A stretch of 64,000 nt of DNA from Myxococcales bacterium (GCA_045863395.1 BTVJ01000006.1:64001-128000), one strand, 5' to 3'. Positions 1 through 9,910 are shown, numbered from the stretch's first letter. The notes: generated by a model from the letters alone, not told the origin. Made by a program: numbers and translations.

Positions 1-1031
1 TCGTGCAGGCGCTGGTCACCAAGTCCGGCGGGGTGCCTGGCCTCCTCGTGGACATCCTGCGGGTGATGGCGCTCCGCGGCATCGTCGGTGTGGATGGGGT
101 CGGGGCCTGGAGCGCCGAGCCGGAGCGCCTGGCGCGCACGGCGCTGCCCGGCACCATCGGGGACGCGTCGCAGCTCCGCGTGCGGGAGCTCTCCGAGCGG
201 GAGCGCGGCGTCCTCGAGAAGGCGTCCGTGTTTGGCGACACCTTCTGGTTCTCGGGAGTCCTGTCGCTGATGCGCGTGGAGCCCGAGCCCGAGCCCCAGC
301 TCTGGTGGGTGGAGGACGTGAAGCAGGCGCGGCTCAACAAGGTGCTCCTGGACCAGCAGTCGCGGGGAATGCTGGAGTACCGCGGCGCCAGCGCCCAGGC
401 CGGCGAGCCGGAGTTCGTGTTCTCCAGCAGCCTCGACCGTGAGGCCCTGCTTGCTGGCATTCCCGAGAAGCGGCTCCGGCGCTTCCAGCGCCTCGCGGGG
501 CGGTGGATGCTCGGCCGGCGCCCGTCGACGGGTGGCATCCGGTGGTTTCGGACTGCCGGTGAGCTGCTTCGCGCCGGGGGTGACCCGCTGGGGGCGTCCG
601 ACGCGCTGCTCGCGGGCGCGCTGGCCGCCAGCGAGGCTCTCAACGGAGACGCCGCGCTGGACCTGTGCACGAGCGCGAGGGAGCTCCTGGAGGACGACGA
701 GGCCGCGCGTCTCCTGGCGATCAACCGCTGCCTCGCCGAGACGTTCTGGTCGCGGGGCCAGTGGGGGGAGGCCGCCGCGGCCCTGCGGGAGGCTCTGCGC
801 CTGACGGTCGTGGTGGGCGACAAGCCCGACGGGGCGCACACCTGGATGCGCCTCGGCCAGGCGCTGGGGAAGGCGGGGGACCGGGAGGCCGCGAGGCAGG
901 CCCTGGACGCGAGCGTGAAGCTCCTCGTGGACGTGGGGGACCTGGACGCCTCCGCGGAGGCCCAGCGGATGCTGCGGGAGCTGACCGGGCGGGCCCCCGC
1001 GGGCCGCATCCGCACCGACCGCCGGACTTGA
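1..1031 (+). CDS. C-terminal part of an ATPase/TPR-type regulatory protein (5'-truncated by the window)
   Basis: Frame open from the window edge. LPxTI...R...L...ER.VLEKASVFG segment typical of the region following AAA/STAND ATPases, then helical TPR-like repeats (e.g. LGQALGKAGDREAARQALDAS). Confidence 0.55.
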   Translation, partial: VQALVTKSGGVPGLLVDILRVMALRGIVGVDGVGAWSAEPERLARTALPGTIGDASQLRVRELSERERGVLEKASVFGDTFWFSGVLSLMRVEPEPEPQLWWVEDVKQARLNKVLLDQQSRGMLEYRGASAQAGEPEFVFSSSLDREALLAGIPEKRLRRFQRLAGRWMLGRRPSTGGIRWFRTAGELLRAGGDPLGASDALLAGALAASEALNGDAALDLCTSARELLEDDEAARLLAINRCLAETFWSRGQWGEAAAALREALRLTVVVGDKPDGAHTWMRLGQALGKAGDREAARQALDASVKLLVDVGDLDASAEAQRMLRELTGRAPAGRIRTDRRT

Positions 1032-1050
1032 CCGGACCGAGGAACGCCCC

Positions 1051-1827
1051 ATGACGCACTGGAAGGACCTGCACCTGGTCGTGGTCGACACGGAGACCAC
1101 CGGCCTCGACGCCAAGACCGAGCGGGTCATCGAGGTGGGCATCATCCACTTCGAGGGCGGCCAGGTGGTCGACCGCTATGGCACGCTCATCGACCCGGGC
1201 GTGCCCATCCCAAGCGAGGTCGTCACCCTCACCGGCATCAAGGACGAGGACGTGGCGGGCCAGCCGCGCTTCGCCGACGTGGCCGCCGAGGTGCACCGGC
1301 GCCTGTCGCTGGGTGTCATCGTCGGCTACAACCTGGCGTTCGACCGCGGGTTCCTGGTCGCAGAGCTGGAGCGGGTCGGGCTGTCGTGGCCTGACCGCCC
1401 GTGCCTCGACCCGCTGATCCTCGTGCGGGAGCTGCACCGGAATCAGGGGAGCAAGAAGCTGGGCGTGGCGGCGGCGCGCATGGGGATCACCCTGGAGGAG
1501 GCCCACCGTGCGACCGCCGACGCGGAGGTCGCGGGCCTCGTCCTGCTGGAGCTGGCGGCGCGGTACGGAGAGCGGCTCCCTCCTGGGTTGGACGACCTCC
1601 TCGTGCTCCAGGCCCACTGGGAACAGCAGCAGGCGGCGGAGCAGGCGGGCTGGCGCAGGAACCGGGGGCGCGGGGAGGCGGAGCTCCTCGGCGCGACGGC
1701 TGGCCCGGCGCTGACCGTGGACGACGACGGGCTGCCGGCCCTGGGCCCGGCCTACATCTACGGGGACGACCCGGACCCGATGCGCGCCCTGTTCGCGGGA
1801 CTGCCCGACATCGGGGCCCGCCGGTGA
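1051..1827 (+). CDS. DEDDh 3'-5' exonuclease (DnaQ/epsilon-like) with C-terminal extension
   Basis: ExoI VVDTETTG, ExoII GYNLAFD, ExoIII AHRATADA motifs; GAGGA RBS upstream. Confidence 0.9.
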   Translation: MTHWKDLHLVVVDTETTGLDAKTERVIEVGIIHFEGGQVVDRYGTLIDPGVPIPSEVVTLTGIKDEDVAGQPRFADVAAEVHRRLSLGVIVGYNLAFDRGFLVAELERVGLSWPDRPCLDPLILVRELHRNQGSKKLGVAAARMGITLEEAHRATADAEVAGLVLLELAARYGERLPPGLDDLLVLQAHWEQQQAAEQAGWRRNRGRGEAELLGATAGPALTVDDDGLPALGPAYIYGDDPDPMRALFAGLPDIGARR

Positions 1828-3302
1828 CACCGGCGCGTGCGGTCGCCATCCTGGAGCCCGTGTGCGTCGGTCTGGTCGCGCTTGCGGCGTTCGGGTGGGC
1901 CCTGCTGGACGCCCCCGGGGTCACGGACAACGATGCCTTCTTCCATATGCTGATGGCGCGGCGCATCGCCTCGGGCGAGCTGTGGCCGAGCATCGACTCC
2001 CTGCCGCTGACCGTCCTCGGGAGCGCCGGCCCGGACCACCACTGGCTCTGGCACGTGGTCATCGCCCCGATCGCGCTGCTCGCGCCGACGGTTCAAGGGC
2101 TGGAGTGGGCCCAGGCGATCACGGCGGCGCTGGTCCCGGTGGTGCTCGTGATCCTTCTGCGGCGCTGGGGCGCCCCCTGGCCCGCGCTGTGGGCGGCGCT
2201 GGCGGTGACCGGGGCGCTGATCATGCCGTTCCGGGTCTCGGAGCTGCGCGCGCAGAACGTCGCCATCGTGATGATCGTGGCCGCCCTGTGGGCGCTGGAT
2301 CGGGAGCGGCCCAGGGCCCTGGCGGTGATCGCGTTCCTGTTCGCGCAGGCGTACCACGGTGTCGTCATCCTGGCGCCCCTCGTCCTGCTGCACCTCGGCG
2401 CGGTGCGCCTCGCGGAGGGACGCTGGACCTTCAGGCCCGCGGTCCACGCGCTGGTCGGTGTCGTCGCGGGCTTCGCGCTCAGCCCCTGGTTCCCGGAGAA
2501 CCTCGACTACCTGCTCTTCCACACGCTCTACAAGGTGAGCAACCCCCAGGGCCTGGATGTGGGCCGCGAGTGGCTGAGCCCGCCGCTCACCCATGTGCTC
2601 GGCGAGTCCTGGTCGGCGTTCGTTGGCCTGGGGCTGGGCGTGGGGCTCTGGGGGTGGGCGCGCGGGTGGAGGGCGCGTTCGGCCACGACGCTGCTGCTCG
2701 TCGCGGCGACCGTGACCATGCTGTTGCTCTATCTGAAGGCGTGGCGCTTCGTCGAGTACTTCGTGCCCGTCGCGGCGGTCACGGCGGCGCTGCTCGCCCG
2801 CGACGCGCTCCCGGCCCTGCCGCGGGTCGCTCGGGTGGTGTCGCCCCTCGCGCTGGCCCTCCTCGTCGTTGCCCAAGGCCAGGCGGGCATCCGCTACGTC
2901 CACGACAAGTCGGCGTACAAGATCGAGCCCTTCCTGCCCATCGGCGAGGCCCTGGAGCGCCTTGGCGAGCCCGGCGACATCGTCTTCAACACGGCGTGGG
3001 CGGACTTCCCCCTGCTGCTCTGGGTGGCGCCGCGCATGCGCTTCGTCACCGGCCTCGACCCCACCTACCTCCACTTCCAGGACGCCGGCCGCTCGGCCCT
3101 CGTCCGCGGCCTCCGCGCCGCGACCCCCGAGGACCCGCACGACCCCGCCCCCGTCATCGCGGAGCACCTGCGCGCCCGCTGGGTCGTGGTCGACCCGACC
3201 GCCCAGGGCCTCGCCGTCCAGCTCGGGCGCAGCCCCGCGGCGAAGCTCGTCGCCTTCACGCCTGTGGGGGCGCTTTTCCGACTCGACGTGCCGCGAGAGT
3301 GA
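1824..3302 (+). CDS. Polytopic membrane protein, probable GT-C-like glycosyltransferase
   Basis: GTG start overlaps the exonuclease stop (GTGA). Many hydrophobic segments, acidic DNDAFFH motif after the first TM, and a C-terminal soluble domain (WADFP, GLDPTY). Confidence 0.5.
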   Translation: MTPARAVAILEPVCVGLVALAAFGWALLDAPGVTDNDAFFHMLMARRIASGELWPSIDSLPLTVLGSAGPDHHWLWHVVIAPIALLAPTVQGLEWAQAITAALVPVVLVILLRRWGAPWPALWAALAVTGALIMPFRVSELRAQNVAIVMIVAALWALDRERPRALAVIAFLFAQAYHGVVILAPLVLLHLGAVRLAEGRWTFRPAVHALVGVVAGFALSPWFPENLDYLLFHTLYKVSNPQGLDVGREWLSPPLTHVLGESWSAFVGLGLGVGLWGWARGWRARSATTLLLVAATVTMLLLYLKAWRFVEYFVPVAAVTAALLARDALPALPRVARVVSPLALALLVVAQGQAGIRYVHDKSAYKIEPFLPIGEALERLGEPGDIVFNTAWADFPLLLWVAPRMRFVTGLDPTYLHFQDAGRSALVRGLRAATPEDPHDPAPVIAEHLRARWVVVDPTAQGLAVQLGRSPAAKLVAFTPVGALFRLDVPRE

Positions 3303-3448
3303 CGGTACCCGTCCGCTCCATGGACAACCTCCTCCAGATGTCGATCCTGACCTGAGGTTGCCGACAGTGGGGTCCGGCCTACGTGGTGGGGCGCCCGGTG
3401 GACGGACCCGCGGGGGGCTCTGGGCGGCTCGTGCCCGGAGGTGACGTC

Positions 3449-5845
3449 ATGGGCCCGATGGCCAGGTGGGGGGCGGTGCGCGGCTTGGGGGTCGCCGTAC
3501 TCCTCATGACGGCGGTCGGGGGGTGCAAGGGAGACGGAGCGGGGGGCGGCGATGCCGGGGGGAACGGCGGCGCGGTGGACCGGCTCGTGACGGCCGTGGG
3601 CGCCGGCCAGGAGGGAGGCGCCTTCCTGAGCTCCGACGGTGTGGGCGCCTGGTCCGCCAGCGGGACCCTCAGCGTCCCCGCCGGGGCCACCATGGTGGTG
3701 GGCGCGTCCGGGGTCAACGCGGATCTGGACGGTGCGCAGGTCACGCTCCGCTCGCCGGACGGCCACACGATCACGCTGGGCGGTGGCGCGGTGGCCCTGT
3801 CCGGCTTCCAGGCGCAGGACCTGGCCGAAGCGTCCGACCCGGCGCTGGAGGCGTACTTCGAGGACGTGCTGCTCCTCGATCTGCCCGACCCGGCCACCGA
3901 GCAGGACTGGAGCGACCTCTTCGACCGATGGAGCGGCGCAGACCCCGAGCACCCCATGCCCGAGACGCCGGACGCCATCATGCAGGGCCTCGACCAGGTG
4001 GCGGCGCCTCCGGCTGGGACGGTCGCGCTGGCCGATGCCGCCAGGCCCCGCGACGGGCTGATCGTCTTCGGAGCGGCCCAAGGCACCTGGAGCATCGAGG
4101 CGAACGCTGCCGAGGGCTCGGGCCCCTTCCAGCTCATCGCGTGGGCAGCGCCGGACGGCGGCGGGCGGGAGTCCATCGAGCACGTGGCGGCCGCCCTGGC
4201 CGCTGCCGGCGGCACCGTGAGCGGGGCGCTCGGCATGGGCGAGGGGGAGGACCCGGGCGGAGCGTGGCACCTGGAGCAGTTCCGCTACCCGCCGCCGGAC
4301 ACGCTGGAGTTCTACCGCGCCCAGGCCATCGATGTGACCTACAAGGTGGTCCAGTGGCTCACCCTGCGCGGCCTGTTCACGAAGGCCATCGACGTCGTGC
4401 TGAAGTTCGCCGGCGTCGAGTCCATCGTCGCCGTAGGGCTCACGAAGGACCGGCTGAAGGTCCTGGCCATCTTCGTGGTCGCGACCGTCTATCGGGAGAT
4501 CCTGCGCTACAGCGCCATCGCCGACCTGTGGTTCTGGCGCGCCGCCTACTGCCTCAACGGGCCCGACTACTACTTCCAGATCTTCAACCTCGGGCGCATC
4601 GTCGAGAAGCTCGGCTTCGAGAGCTACACGTGGGACCACGAGGAGATGCTCTTGGACCTCAACGACTTCGAGGAGATCCGGCTCCTCGGCGGCAACATGG
4701 TGCGCGAGAAGATCAAGCGCGAGTGGTGGGGCATCGGCGGCCCGTTCAGCTCGCCGCGGGTCGGCAAGTGGAGCATCACGCCGGCGACGCTGGCGCAGCT
4801 CGACGTGCACGGCGAGAAGGACGGCGACTGCACCGTGGAGACGCTCCTCGGGACGACGAAGCCCGGCAGCGGCCAGCTCACCGTCGTGGTCGCTACCCAG
4901 CCGGCCAAGGTAGTCATCCCCGTGCGTGTGGCCGCGCCGCTCACCCTCGAGCCCGACCCGGCGCGCCTCGGTCCCGGCGAGTCCGTGACGCTGACCTGCG
5001 AGGGGCACGAGAGCGTCGCGGGGACGCTCGCCTTCGCGTGGTCCGCCGGGGAGCTGTACGGGACGGTGAGCGACGGGCGGGGCCACGGGGGGACGTCGTT
5101 CGAGTCGGCGAGCGACCACGTGACCTACACCGCCAACGCGGACGCCCACGACGGCGCCAACGACTGGGTGATGGTCACCGTGTTCCTCGAAGAGGAGGGC
5201 GGGCGCGTCAAGGTCGGTGAGGCCCACGCCGACGTGCAGATCCGCGAGAGCGCCGCGCCGTGCAAGGTCACGCTCGCGACCTACGTCGCCCCGACAGGCT
5301 GGAAGTGGGGTGACCCGAACCCGAACGACGTCACGTGCGAGCTCGCCTCGGGCACGTGGGTCATCGACCCCGACTCCATCGGCGGGTGCGTCACCGCGGC
5401 GGAGTGCCAGGGCCAGTGCCTGGGCTACGGAGAGCACCGGACCTACGGCTACGGCATCCAGTGGAGCACGTACGACGCGGAGGGCACCTCCACGGGCGGC
5501 AACCACTGTGTCACGTCATCGAACGCCAGCACCTGCGAGGCGGACGTCGAGCGCTTCGCCAAGGCCTGCGGCGAGAACCTCTGCTGGGACCCCTCCGGCG
5601 ACTTCTACTGCGGGGGCTGCGGCTGCGCGTGCGGTGGCGGCAACTGCTACCCGTGGAAGGGACCGGGGAGCATCGTGTTCGACGCGCCGGTCAGCGTTCC
5701 GTGCACCGACGCCCACGACTGCTACTACTTCCACGAGCCGTCGGAGGTGAAGGGCACCTACACCTTCACGCTCGTCCACTGCGGGTCGGTGGACGACGCG
5801 CTGCCGAACTGCCCGGGCAACGTGCCGAAGCCCAACCCCCGGTAG
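3449..5845 (+). CDS. Large hypothetical lipoprotein with Ig-like and Cys-rich C-terminal regions
   Basis: GGAGG at ~3437 before ATG 3449. Lipobox AVGGC, beta-rich segment (LTLEPDPARLGPGESVTLTC), many Cys in the last ~190 aa. Confidence 0.6.
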   Translation: MGPMARWGAVRGLGVAVLLMTAVGGCKGDGAGGGDAGGNGGAVDRLVTAVGAGQEGGAFLSSDGVGAWSASGTLSVPAGATMVVGASGVNADLDGAQVTLRSPDGHTITLGGGAVALSGFQAQDLAEASDPALEAYFEDVLLLDLPDPATEQDWSDLFDRWSGADPEHPMPETPDAIMQGLDQVAAPPAGTVALADAARPRDGLIVFGAAQGTWSIEANAAEGSGPFQLIAWAAPDGGGRESIEHVAAALAAAGGTVSGALGMGEGEDPGGAWHLEQFRYPPPDTLEFYRAQAIDVTYKVVQWLTLRGLFTKAIDVVLKFAGVESIVAVGLTKDRLKVLAIFVVATVYREILRYSAIADLWFWRAAYCLNGPDYYFQIFNLGRIVEKLGFESYTWDHEEMLLDLNDFEEIRLLGGNMVREKIKREWWGIGGPFSSPRVGKWSITPATLAQLDVHGEKDGDCTVETLLGTTKPGSGQLTVVVATQPAKVVIPVRVAAPLTLEPDPARLGPGESVTLTCEGHESVAGTLAFAWSAGELYGTVSDGRGHGGTSFESASDHVTYTANADAHDGANDWVMVTVFLEEEGGRVKVGEAHADVQIRESAAPCKVTLATYVAPTGWKWGDPNPNDVTCELASGTWVIDPDSIGGCVTAAECQGQCLGYGEHRTYGYGIQWSTYDAEGTSTGGNHCVTSSNASTCEADVERFAKACGENLCWDPSGDFYCGGCGCACGGGNCYPWKGPGSIVFDAPVSVPCTDAHDCYYFHEPSEVKGTYTFTLVHCGSVDDALPNCPGNVPKPNPR

Positions 5846-5881
5846 TGACCCCCAACCCTCGCCCGGGGCCTGCCAGGTCGC

Positions 5882-6517
5882 TCAGCGGGTCTTCTCACCC
5901 ACGAACTTGTCCCTGTCGTCGCGGAAGAGCACGTTGAACGTGGTCATGGAGCCGTAGCAGCGGGTGATGTACTGCTGGAGGTCCACCTTCTCGGCGGCGT
6001 CCAGGTGCTCACTGCCGTTGATCTTGGCCTCGAGGACGCGCAGGCGGTCGCGGAGCATCACGATCTTGTGGAAGAAGGCGTCGATGTCCACCTCCTTCGC
6101 CAGGAGCTCCGGGTTCTTGGGCTGGATGAGGATCTTCCCCCCACGGAAGCGGTCGGCCATGGGGACGGGGACGAGGCCCATGACCTCGACGGCGACCTCC
6201 CGGAGCATGCGGCGCATGTCGTCGCGCAGCATGGAGAGCGACGCCACGCCGGCCTCCGCGGCCTGGGCGACGGGAGCCGCAGGAGCGGTCACGGGCGCCG
6301 ACGTCATCGTCGGGGTGTCGGCCCTCGGTGCGGGGGCGGCCGCCACGGCCTGGATCGGCCGGTAGGTCGGGCACTTCCAGGCGTCGTCCGTGATGGCGCC
6401 CGTGCGCGGCTTCACGCCACAGTGCCCGTAGGTGACGCCCTTGTCCTCGTCCGTGAAGTCCTCGCGGAACTCGCGGCACGAGCCGCAGCGGTCGGCGACT
6501 CTGCGCACGCCGGGCAT
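5882..6517 (-). CDS. Hypothetical protein with N-terminal four-Cys putative metal-binding motif
   Basis: CGSC...GHC...KCP at the N-terminus, Ala/Pro linker, globular helical C-terminal domain. Sits 3 nt after the upstream gene's stop with a GGAGG RBS. Confidence 0.7.
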   Translation of the reverse strand: MPGVRRVADRCGSCREFREDFTDEDKGVTYGHCGVKPRTGAITDDAWKCPTYRPIQAVAAAPAPRADTPTMTSAPVTAPAAPVAQAAEAGVASLSMLRDDMRRMLREVAVEVMGLVPVPMADRFRGGKILIQPKNPELLAKEVDIDAFFHKIVMLRDRLRVLEAKINGSEHLDAAEKVDLQQYITRCYGSMTTFNVLFRDDRDKFVGEKTR

Positions 6518-6520
6518 GGG

Positions 6521-8728
6521 CTAGACCTCCACCGGAGCCGCCGGGCTCCCTTCCGTGATGAGCGGGTCCGGCGGCGTGACCGCCGGGGCTTCGTGCTCCT
6601 TGTGGGCCTCGCCGTTGGTGCCGGACGTGCGCGCCTGGCGACGCGGCTTGGGGACATCAGGCCCCGCCGCCGCCGGCTTCGCCTGCGCGTCGGCAGACTT
6701 CGCGCGCTTCGTGGCGCCCGCGTCCGGCTTGGGCGCCGCGCGGCGCATGGTGCGCTTGCGGGGGCGGGAGAGCTGGAGCAGGATGCGCGGCTCGTCCGTC
6801 GACCCGAGCCTGGCTCCAGCCTTGGCGCGCTTCCCGTGCTTCTGGTCCGGCTTCGGGTCCGCCGCCTCCGTGATCGGCTCCGGGGCCGGCTCGGCAGCAG
6901 CGGGCGCGCCCCGCCTGGAGCGGGCGCTGCGCTTCGGGCTCGCGGCGGTCGCCTCCGCCGCCGGCGCCGCAGCCTCTGTGGTTGCCGGCGGCTCGCCCTC
7001 CATCGCGCCGAAGATGAGCGAGGCGGCCACGGTCTGCTCCGTCGCCTCGCTGCCCGGGTCCGCCTGCGCCTCGGAGGGGGGCACGGCGACCGGTGGGCCG
7101 CTCTCCTGCGCGGTGGCGCCGTCCGCGGGAACCGCCAGCCCGGCGTCCTCCAGGGAGGCCCCATCGGGCGCGCTCACGACAATCTCTTGCGCCCCCGCCG
7201 CTGCGGACTCCGGGAGCTCGACGGTGCCACCGGACGCCGCCTCGGTAGCGTCTGCCGCAGCCACGGCAGCCGGAGGTCCGTCGCCGTCGCCCGAGGCCGC
7301 GGACGGCGCGTCCCCGGCGGCGGCACCCGCGACCGCAGCACCGTCGCTCACCCCCTTCTTGGCCTTGGAGCGGCTGGCCCTGGCCTTTGGAGCGTGGGAC
7401 GGCTTCGGCGATGCCTCGGCGCCCGCGGGTGCCTCCCCTGCCGCCGCAGCGGCCTGCTCCCCCGCGCCCTCCCCGACCGGAGCGCCCTCGGGGGAGCTCG
7501 CAGGCTCCGCCGCCTTGCCGCGGCTCTTCGGCGCGCGTGGGGCCCGCCGCTTGCCCGCGTCGTCTCCCGCCACATCCGCGTCCGCCGGCGCCTCCACCGC
7601 CGTCGGGAGCTCCGGCTCCGGGACCACGCCGAGCACCGACTCCTCCAAGGATGGCGCCGCCGTCCCCTCGATGAGCGCGGTCACGGCCTCAGAGGTCTCC
7701 ACCCCTTCCTTGAACGGAGACGACAGGAAGGTGAACGCGTACACCGTGAAGCCACTGGAGCGCGCGGTGACCTTGAGCACACCGGACCGCACCCGGTCGT
7801 GCTTGATCAGGCGGTACACCTTGGGATCGTGGATCAGGACCTGGCTGCGGCGCTCCTCGCCATCCTCGACGAGCCTGACGTGCGGTCCGGCGTTCGCCTC
7901 CGTGAGCGGCTCGCGGTTGTCGTACACGTCGACGAGGAAGCCCTGGTCCCCCGAAGGGTTGACGACCATGCACACCTCGGCCGCCGTGTAGGGCACGTGG
8001 ATGGACGCCTCCGTCCCCTCCGCCGCCTTGGCGACCGCCGCGCAGAAGCGGTGGTTGAGCCACTTGCCCTCCAGGTAGTAGCTCCCCTCCTTGAGCGGGC
8101 CGTCCACCTCTTCGTAGAAGACCACCCGGTGCGGGTCCGAGCCCTCCGAGTTGCCGATGGAGCCGCGGTCGTAGCCGGTGTAGACGTTGGCCGTCACGGG
8201 CCAGGAGGGGACGCCCGGCTCGTCCCGCGGCCGCAGGGGCTCGCACAGATCGGGCAAGGGCCCCGTGGCGCCCGCCTCGCGCAGCAGGTCCTGCAGCACC
8301 GACTCCACGCCGAGCCACGCCCCCTCCCCGACGTCCGAGTAGCGCAGCACGCCGCGCGCGTCGATCAGGTGATACGACGGCCAGAACGTGTTGCCGTAGG
8401 CCTTCCAGAGGTCGAACTTGTTGTCGAGCAGGATCGGGTAGTGCAGCTCCAGCGCCGTGACGGCCGATCGGACCGCGCCCCGGGTCCTCGCGAAGGGAAA
8501 CTCCGGGGTGTGGACGCCCACCAGGGCCAGCCCCAGCGACGTGTACCGGGAGTACCACGCCCGGATGTAGGGCATCGCCTCCAGGCAGCACACGCTCGTG
8601 TAGTCCCAGAAGTGGAGCAGCACCACCTTGCCCGCCAGGCTCTGCATGGAGAGCCCGTCCGTGTTCAGCCAGGTGGCGTTCCGCGGGAAGTCGGGCGCGG
8701 CCGGGAGCGTCGCAGTGTTGTTCTTCAT
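6521..8728 (-). CDS. Redoxin/thioredoxin-like (DipZ C-terminal-like) protein with long low-complexity tail
   Basis: WLN...L.GKVVLLHFWDYTSVCC, GVHTPEFPF, WKAYGNTFWPS, DipZ-like beta domain ending YAFTF, then ~390 aa Ala/Pro/Glu/Lys-rich tail. Confidence 0.75.
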   Translation of the reverse strand: MKNNTATLPAAPDFPRNATWLNTDGLSMQSLAGKVVLLHFWDYTSVCCLEAMPYIRAWYSRYTSLGLALVGVHTPEFPFARTRGAVRSAVTALELHYPILLDNKFDLWKAYGNTFWPSYHLIDARGVLRYSDVGEGAWLGVESVLQDLLREAGATGPLPDLCEPLRPRDEPGVPSWPVTANVYTGYDRGSIGNSEGSDPHRVVFYEEVDGPLKEGSYYLEGKWLNHRFCAAVAKAAEGTEASIHVPYTAAEVCMVVNPSGDQGFLVDVYDNREPLTEANAGPHVRLVEDGEERRSQVLIHDPKVYRLIKHDRVRSGVLKVTARSSGFTVYAFTFLSSPFKEGVETSEAVTALIEGTAAPSLEESVLGVVPEPELPTAVEAPADADVAGDDAGKRRAPRAPKSRGKAAEPASSPEGAPVGEGAGEQAAAAAGEAPAGAEASPKPSHAPKARASRSKAKKGVSDGAAVAGAAAGDAPSAASGDGDGPPAAVAAADATEAASGGTVELPESAAAGAQEIVVSAPDGASLEDAGLAVPADGATAQESGPPVAVPPSEAQADPGSEATEQTVAASLIFGAMEGEPPATTEAAAPAAEATAASPKRSARSRRGAPAAAEPAPEPITEAADPKPDQKHGKRAKAGARLGSTDEPRILLQLSRPRKRTMRRAAPKPDAGATKRAKSADAQAKPAAAGPDVPKPRRQARTSGTNGEAHKEHEAPAVTPPDPLITEGSPAAPVEV

Positions 8729-8867
8729 GAGGCTGCCAGCCCTTGCTCAGCGGTGAGCGAGCTTCTGAACTTCAGGGGGCGCAAGCATAGCAGAGGACGT
8801 GGTGCCTGAGAAGAGGGATCGGCGTCGTCCCTCAGTCTGCGCCACCACGCCGCTCGCGACCCGCGCA

Positions 8868-9887
8868 TCAATGCAGCACGTTGAACAGGCGCTTCCAGTC
8901 GTCGGCCCACCAGATGACGAAGGCCTTGCCCTTGATGGCGTCCTGCGGCACGAGACCCCAGTAGCGCCCGTCGCTGGAGTTGTCCCGGTTGTCGCCCATC
9001 ACGAAGACGTGGGCGGGCGGGACCAGCATGTCCGGCCAGGCGTCGTTGCCGCTCTTCGCCCCGAAGTAGTCGGCCACGCCGAACTCGGGGGTCTCCAGGG
9101 GCCAGTCAGGGGCGGTCAGGCACCGGAAGTTGGGGAAGGGCTCTGCGGCGATGCGGTGCTGAGTGATGTACGACGTTCCGGGCACGGTCTCCCGCTGGCG
9201 GACACACCGGCAGTCCTTGTGCGTCCCGTCCTCGCAGTCCACCCCGGTCCCGACGACCTCCGTCTCGATGGGCTCGCCGTTGACGTGGAGCACGTTCTGG
9301 ATGAGCCGCACCCGATCACCGGGCACGCCAATGACGCGCTTGATGAAGTCCTTGCCCTTGTCGTCGCCTTCCTTCGGGAACTCGAAGACCACGATGTCGC
9401 CCCGCTGCGGCTCGCTCCACTGCCAGGGCCGGATCTGCGTGAACGGGACGCGCACCCCGTAGATGAACTTGTTCACGAAGATGTGGTCGTCCACCTCGAG
9501 GGTGGGGATCATGGACCCGGTGGGGATCTTGAACGCCTCGAACAGGAACGTGCGGATGAACAGGGCGATGAGCACCGCATAGACGATGCTCTCGATGTAC
9601 TCGCGGGTGACCGACTTCCGCGCAAAGCCCAGGTGCTCGTCGAGGGTCCGGTCGAGGCGGGTCGTCGCCTCGGCGAGCGCCGCCGGCTCCCCCTTCTTCT
9701 GGCCCAGCAGCTCCTTGAGATCTGCCGCCTCCCTCGCGATGCGCTCCGCCACCTCTGCCGCCACCCGCTTGCGCTGGGCCTTCAGGAGCCGCGGCGCCTC
9801 CTTGACGAGGTGCCTCGCCCGCTGCACCGTCTCCCGGTGCTGCTTGCGTGCGCTTCGGTCCATGACCTCGGCTCGGGGCTTTGTCAA
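8868..9887 (-). CDS. lepB: Signal peptidase I
   Basis: IPTGSMIPTL (catalytic Ser), DFIKRVIGVPGD (catalytic Lys), MGDNRDNSSDGRYWG; directly after lepA. Start is TTG 9887 (GGAGG upstream) or ATG 9863. Confidence 0.93.
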   Translation of the reverse strand: MTKPRAEVMDRSARKQHRETVQRARHLVKEAPRLLKAQRKRVAAEVAERIAREAADLKELLGQKKGEPAALAEATTRLDRTLDEHLGFARKSVTREYIESIVYAVLIALFIRTFLFEAFKIPTGSMIPTLEVDDHIFVNKFIYGVRVPFTQIRPWQWSEPQRGDIVVFEFPKEGDDKGKDFIKRVIGVPGDRVRLIQNVLHVNGEPIETEVVGTGVDCEDGTHKDCRCVRQRETVPGTSYITQHRIAAEPFPNFRCLTAPDWPLETPEFGVADYFGAKSGNDAWPDMLVPPAHVFVMGDNRDNSSDGRYWGLVPQDAIKGKAFVIWWADDWKRLFNVLH

Positions 9888-9910
9888 AGGGGCTCCTCCC
9901 ATGGAGTCTG

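Noticed and set aside
3303..3448. Riboswitch or sRNA in the intergenic region (CAACCTC...GAGGTTG stem)
   Set aside because: Only a 7-bp stem and no recognisable aptamer motif.
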